Source: a virus
Lineage: Duplodnaviria; Caudoviricetes
Virus record (IMG/VR): IMGVR_UViG_3300009169_000025
Coordinates: 1-59,105 of that record
Direction: 5' to 3' (one strand)
Length of the DNA: 59,105 bases
Position numbers and translations under genes: made by a program. The first letter of the stretch is position 1; each line of letters opens with the position of its first letter. Below the pieces are notes generated by a model. It ran no database searches and was not told where the DNA came from. It saw only the letters and a program-made list of their open reading frames with translations. Of this stretch, positions 58,071 to 59,105 are shown in pieces.

Positions 58071-58212
58071 AAGTCTTAATCTTGTTTATACTCTACTCAG
58101 GACATCAGTTTAGAAGGCTGAGCCAATTCAGAGACCAGGAATAGTTACTAACCGGATAAAATTTATAACTAATGGATAGCTTCCTGAAGCTTCTCTATCC
58201 TGATTAAGACTT
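58071..58212 (-). ncRNA. Candidate structured ncRNA (multi-branched, 142 nt); strand inferred from flanking genes
   Basis: 11-bp perfect closing stem AAGTCTTAATC / GATTAAGACTT enclosing three hairpins. Confidence 0.5.
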
Positions 58213-58222
58213 AAAAGGTAAA

Positions 58223-58309
58223 ACAATTCATATCCGGCTTTATAGCTAAGAATGGTAGAACTTAGCATCACATAGTCGGTTTTATTGGCTATTGGCTTCA
58301 ATGAATTGT
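58223..58309 (-). ncRNA. Candidate structured ncRNA (87 nt); strand inferred
   Basis: 9-bp closing stem ACAATTCAT / ATGAATTGT with nested CCGGCT/AGTCGG and GCTAAG/CTTAGC stems. Confidence 0.45.
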
Positions 58310-58538
58310 CTGTGGGAATAATGAACAGGGTCCTATCAAGCTAGTGTTGGCTAACAAGAAGAAAAGTTAAAAGCTTACCCTACTAAACTCTAGGTTTTTT
58401 TTCATAGGCTACCAACACTCTATAGATACTTTAAGAAGACTTTTCTTGTAAGGCTTATTCATTATATATTATTGTTGGATAATAAGAGAAGGAAAAGGAT
58501 GCTCAATAAGAGTCTAACTCCTTTCCTAATCTCATTGT

Positions 58539-58546
58539 CAAATTTA
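58539..58546 (-). promoter_or_regulatory. Candidate -7 element (TAAATTTG) that could drive the ncRNA/tmRNA region
   Basis: TAnnTTTG at the head of the 1.3-kb non-coding block. Confidence 0.4.
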
Positions 58547-58559
58547 ATCCAACCTAAAT

Positions 58560-58820
58560 TTAATTTATAGCCATTCTAGATTTAAGAGTATTGGTGTTCT
58601 CTTGTAATATGGCATATTCTTTTTCTATCTTTCTCATGTCTTGTTCTCTCATTCTAGAAAGACTTTGACCTATAGAAAGAATGATCTGATTTTGTTGTTC
58701 AGTAGTAAAATCTCTTCTTAAAAGATATACTACTTTATCTACATAGTCTTCCTGTATTTCAGGTTCAGGAGACATAACTGCAGATATTCTTGATCTTAAT
58801 GATTGTAAAAACTTCTTCAT
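58560..58820 (-). CDS. Hypothetical helical protein
   Basis: 86-aa ORF with an AT-rich leader. Confidence 0.65.
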   Translation of the reverse strand: MKKFLQSLRSRISAVMSPEPEIQEDYVDKVVYLLRRDFTTEQQNQIILSIGQSLSRMREQDMRKIEKEYAILQENTNTLKSRMAIN

Positions 58821-58851
58821 GATAAATTCTTTTGATTAGGGATTAGTGATT

Positions 58852-58878
58852 AAAAAATTAAGGGTATTTCTACCCTTA
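58852..58878 (-). terminator. Intrinsic terminator
   Basis: Stem TAAGGGTA (58859-58866) / TACCCTTA (58871-58878) followed by TTTTT on the - strand. Confidence 0.65.
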
Positions 58879-59070
58879 ATATTCTTTCTTTTTAAAACCT
58901 ACAGCTTCTATGCTTAAAACTCTAGGATTAATACCAGCTACATATTTTACAGCCATAACTAATCTCTTAGCAAGGATGTTTCTATGAGGGTTTGATGAAG
59001 CCTCTAATGTAGCCATTTTAAAGTGTGTTCTTTTCTGTGCCATTGTAGTAATTGGATTAAAAATAGACAT
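58876..59070 (-). CDS. Small basic hypothetical protein
   Basis: 64-aa ORF flanked by a TAATTTTG element (59084-59091) and a terminator. Confidence 0.55.
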   Translation of the reverse strand: MSIFNPITTMAQKRTHFKMATLEASSNPHRNILAKRLVMAVKYVAGINPRVLSIEAVGFKKKEY

Positions 59071-59105
59071 ATAACTTACTTGTCAAAATTAGTGAGGGTT
59101 TTCCT

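Noticed and set aside
58215-58245. RNase P RNA suggested by ATCCGGCTT resembling the conserved 3' end
   Set aside because: No GAGGAAAGTCC 5' element on either strand.
57930-58560. CRISPR mini-array
   Set aside because: Units are inverted repeats of differing sequence; no direct repeats with regular spacing.
1-59105. Stop-codon reassignment (TAG or TGA) as in some crAss-like phages
   Set aside because: Genes are full length and densely packed under code 11; TAG (e.g. 12609-12611) and TGA are used as real stops; no suppressor tRNA seen.

Overview
59 kb fragment of an AT-rich lytic phage genome related to crAss-like phages (Crassvirales, phi14:2-like), most likely infecting Bacteroidota. It uses the standard genetic code. 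The + strand (1-32329) carries tail ring and stabilization proteins, putative ejected cargo proteins, a 4624-aa virion RNA polymerase polyprotein (DFDVD motif plus a zincin) and a 1932-aa zincin-containing protein. The - strand (59070-32367) carries a tmRNA flanked by structured non-coding elements, PolA, SF2 and DnaB helicases, an AAA ATPase, primase, a degenerate UNG, nucleases, a GroES-like protein, DNA ligase, MazG and a spanin-like protein. The two arms converge on a bidirectional terminator. Most notable: (1) a contiguous phage-encoded ubiquitin-like cassette, Ubl precursor - E2-like - JAB - E1/ThiF; (2) near-total loss of the CG dinucleotide except inside CCGG; (3) a tmRNA with a 32-residue tag beside an array of closed-stem RNA-like elements; (4) a repeated GExMISNNL motif bracketing the polymerase moiety. 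All calls are from motifs read by eye; no database search was run.
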